Positions 26,049 to 27,667 of a DNA stretch of 27,667 nucleotides are shown here, one piece after another. The stretch covers positions 1 to 27,667 of the forward strand of contig CAVYKI010000011.1 in the NCBI GenBank assembly GCA_963769025.1, given 5' to 3'. A program made the position numbers and the translations under genes. Numbering within the stretch: position 1 is the first letter of the stretch; each line of letters opens with the position of its first letter. The DNA is from an uncultured Verrucomicrobiae bacterium (GTDB lineage Bacteria; Verrucomicrobiota; Verrucomicrobiia; Chthoniobacterales; Chthoniobacteraceae). The notes beneath the pieces were generated by a model. The model worked only from the letters and a program-made list of their open reading frames with translations, was not told the origin of the DNA and did no database searches.

Positions 26049-27107
26049 ATGCCTGAGCCTGTCGAATTGCAAATTACTGATGTCGCGTTTGGAGGCGCAG
26101 GCGTGGCGAGGCACGAGGGAAAGGTGTACTTCGTCCCGTTCACCGCGCCGGGCGACACCGTCCGCGTGAGGGTCGCGCGGGACCGCAAGAAGTTCTGCGA
26201 GGCGAGCGTGGCCGAAATCGTCACGCCTTCGCCGGATCGCGTCCGGCCGGAATGTGAGTACTTCACGCGTTGCGGAGGGTGCGCCTACCAGCACATCGCG
26301 TATCCGCGGCAGCTGGAATTGAAGCAACGGCAGGTCGAGCAGACGCTCCGCCGCGTCGGGAAATTCGACGAGGTCCCCATGCGCCCCATCGTACCGGCCC
26401 CGCTGCCATACGCATACCGGAACCGCATCCGCGTGCATGTGCAGGACGGCCGACCTGGCTTTTACGCACACCGCTCGCACGAACTCGTCCCGATCACGCA
26501 TTGTGAGATTGCGAAGCCCGCCGTGAACGAAGCGCTGCAGCGAATGCTCCGTTCGGGGGTTCGTGACGGCGACTACACGCTGTTTGGGGGTACCGGGGAA
26601 AACTTCTTCAAGCAGACCAACGACTCCGTCGCGGATGAACTGCTCGCGCTCGTCGAGCGCTCGCTCCTCCGCGGTCAGGCATTGCTCATCGATGCCTATG
26701 CCGGCGCCGGCTTCTTCTCGAACCGGCTCGCGCCTCTCTTCACGGAAGTCATCGGCATCGAGGAGAACGAACATGCCGTCGGCCGCGCCCGCAGCGGCGC
26801 AGCCGCGAACGAACGCCACCTGCTGGGGGACGTGGCGGTCCTCATCTCGGAAGTGCTCACCGCCCATGCGATGGACAAAACCTCCGTGATTCTCGATCCG
26901 CCCGCGACCGGACTTTCCCCGCGCGTGGCCGGTCTCCTCGCCGCGGCACGCCCGGCCGAAATCCTCTACGTGTCCTGCAATCCCGCGACGCTCGCACGGG
27001 ACCTCGGCGAATTGCGTTCCACCTACCGGCTCGAATCCGTGACGCCTCTCGACATGTTCCCGCAGACGGCGGAAATCGAAGTGCTCGCAGCCTTGCGCCT
27101 CGCCTAA
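26049..27107 (+). CDS. rlmD: RNA (uracil-C5)-methyltransferase, RlmD/TrmA family, with TRAM domain and [4Fe-4S] motif
   Basis: TRAM (GAGVAR..G...FV..TAPGD.V), CEYFTRCGGC...HC, YRNR, FFKQTN, DAYAGAG, LDPP, YVSCNPATLARD, DMFPQT..IE. Confidence 0.85.
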   Translation: MPEPVELQITDVAFGGAGVARHEGKVYFVPFTAPGDTVRVRVARDRKKFCEASVAEIVTPSPDRVRPECEYFTRCGGCAYQHIAYPRQLELKQRQVEQTLRRVGKFDEVPMRPIVPAPLPYAYRNRIRVHVQDGRPGFYAHRSHELVPITHCEIAKPAVNEALQRMLRSGVRDGDYTLFGGTGENFFKQTNDSVADELLALVERSLLRGQALLIDAYAGAGFFSNRLAPLFTEVIGIEENEHAVGRARSGAAANERHLLGDVAVLISEVLTAHAMDKTSVILDPPATGLSPRVAGLLAAARPAEILYVSCNPATLARDLGELRSTYRLESVTPLDMFPQTAEIEVLAALRLA

Positions 27108-27667
27108 CGCCGCGTCCCGGGTTTCCGCAGATCCTCGAAACGGTCCGGCGTCCAACCCGCGGGATTCCTCGCGGCACCGGATCGCGTGGGGAGACGAAAC
27201 GCCTGCCCCACCGACCCGCCTCCCACCGTTTCGTTGTACGCCACGAAAGTATTCAGCGGCACTGCCGCGACGGTAGTCGAGGGCTTCAGACGCCGGTGGG
27301 CATTGATGAACTCCACCGGGCTCCAATAGATGCTGTCGTCCTGGGCAAACTGATGCCGTGCCATTCCCACTCGGATGTCCTTCCGCATCTCCAGATGGAG
27401 GTGCGCCTCGTAGCGTCCGCCCGCAGTCCCGATGGTGCCGACCTGCTGCCCGCGCCGGAGCTGCTGGCCGTAACGCACGAGAATCCTGTCGAGATGGCCG
27501 TAAAGCGAATCCACCAGTCTCTGCCGGCCACCTTCCTCGTACGCGTGCCGCACGATGACCACATTGCCCCAGCCGTGCCCGAAATTCTGCGCGAACACCA
27601 CGACGCCGTGCGCGACGGTATACACGGGGTCACCCAGATCCGTGTCGCCGCCGCGGTTGCCATTCCA
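27104..27667 (-). CDS. M23 family metallopeptidase (5' end outside the window)
   Basis: Frame is open to the window end: WNGNRGGDTDLGDPVYTVAHGVVV...GWGNVVIVRH...SLYGHL...GQQVGTIG...AHLHLE (HxH zinc motif). Confidence 0.88.
   Translation of the reverse strand, partial: WNGNRGGDTDLGDPVYTVAHGVVVFAQNFGHGWGNVVIVRHAYEEGGRQRLVDSLYGHLDRILVRYGQQLRRGQQVGTIGTAGGRYEAHLHLEMRKDIRVGMARHQFAQDDSIYWSPVEFINAHRRLKPSTTVAAVPLNTFVAYNETVGGGSVGQAFRLPTRSGAARNPAGWTPDRFEDLRKPGTRR

Overview
GC-rich bacterial chromosomal window, densely coding, with about 28 CDS. The gene content (DUF1549/DUF1553 + DUF1501 pair, ThuA-like protein, TIGR04073-like protein) and the A/C-rich leaders without Shine-Dalgarno sites suggest Verrucomicrobiota/PVC; this is an inference. 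In order: SGNH hydrolase (5' truncated), conserved hypothetical, ThuA-like protein, DUF485 + actP-like symporter, dGTPase with a coupled membrane protein, TPR-methyltransferase, membrane hypothetical, LamG-DUF1549-DUF1553 + DUF1501, a molybdenum cofactor cluster (moaA, mog, moaC, moeA, moaD, moaE), DUF3820, a PAS-PAS-GAF hybrid histidine kinase, an outer-membrane beta-barrel, a 63-aa putative secreted peptide, a KGSADH-type aldehyde dehydrogenase, Dabb, TerC + ExoD, TIGR04073-like protein, a compact RlmD/TrmA-type methyltransferase and a truncated M23 peptidase. No rRNA, tRNA, CRISPR, transposase or integrase was recognised. The most unusual part is about 20.7-21.95 kb. There the small peptide gene (internal VRNTKT repeat) is followed by a ~120-nt rod-like hairpin, a 101-nt almost A-free pyrimidine tract, and a degenerate 21-bp-period repeat array that switches orientation at a central hairpin (21693-21709). 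All family calls come from motif recognition, not database searches.
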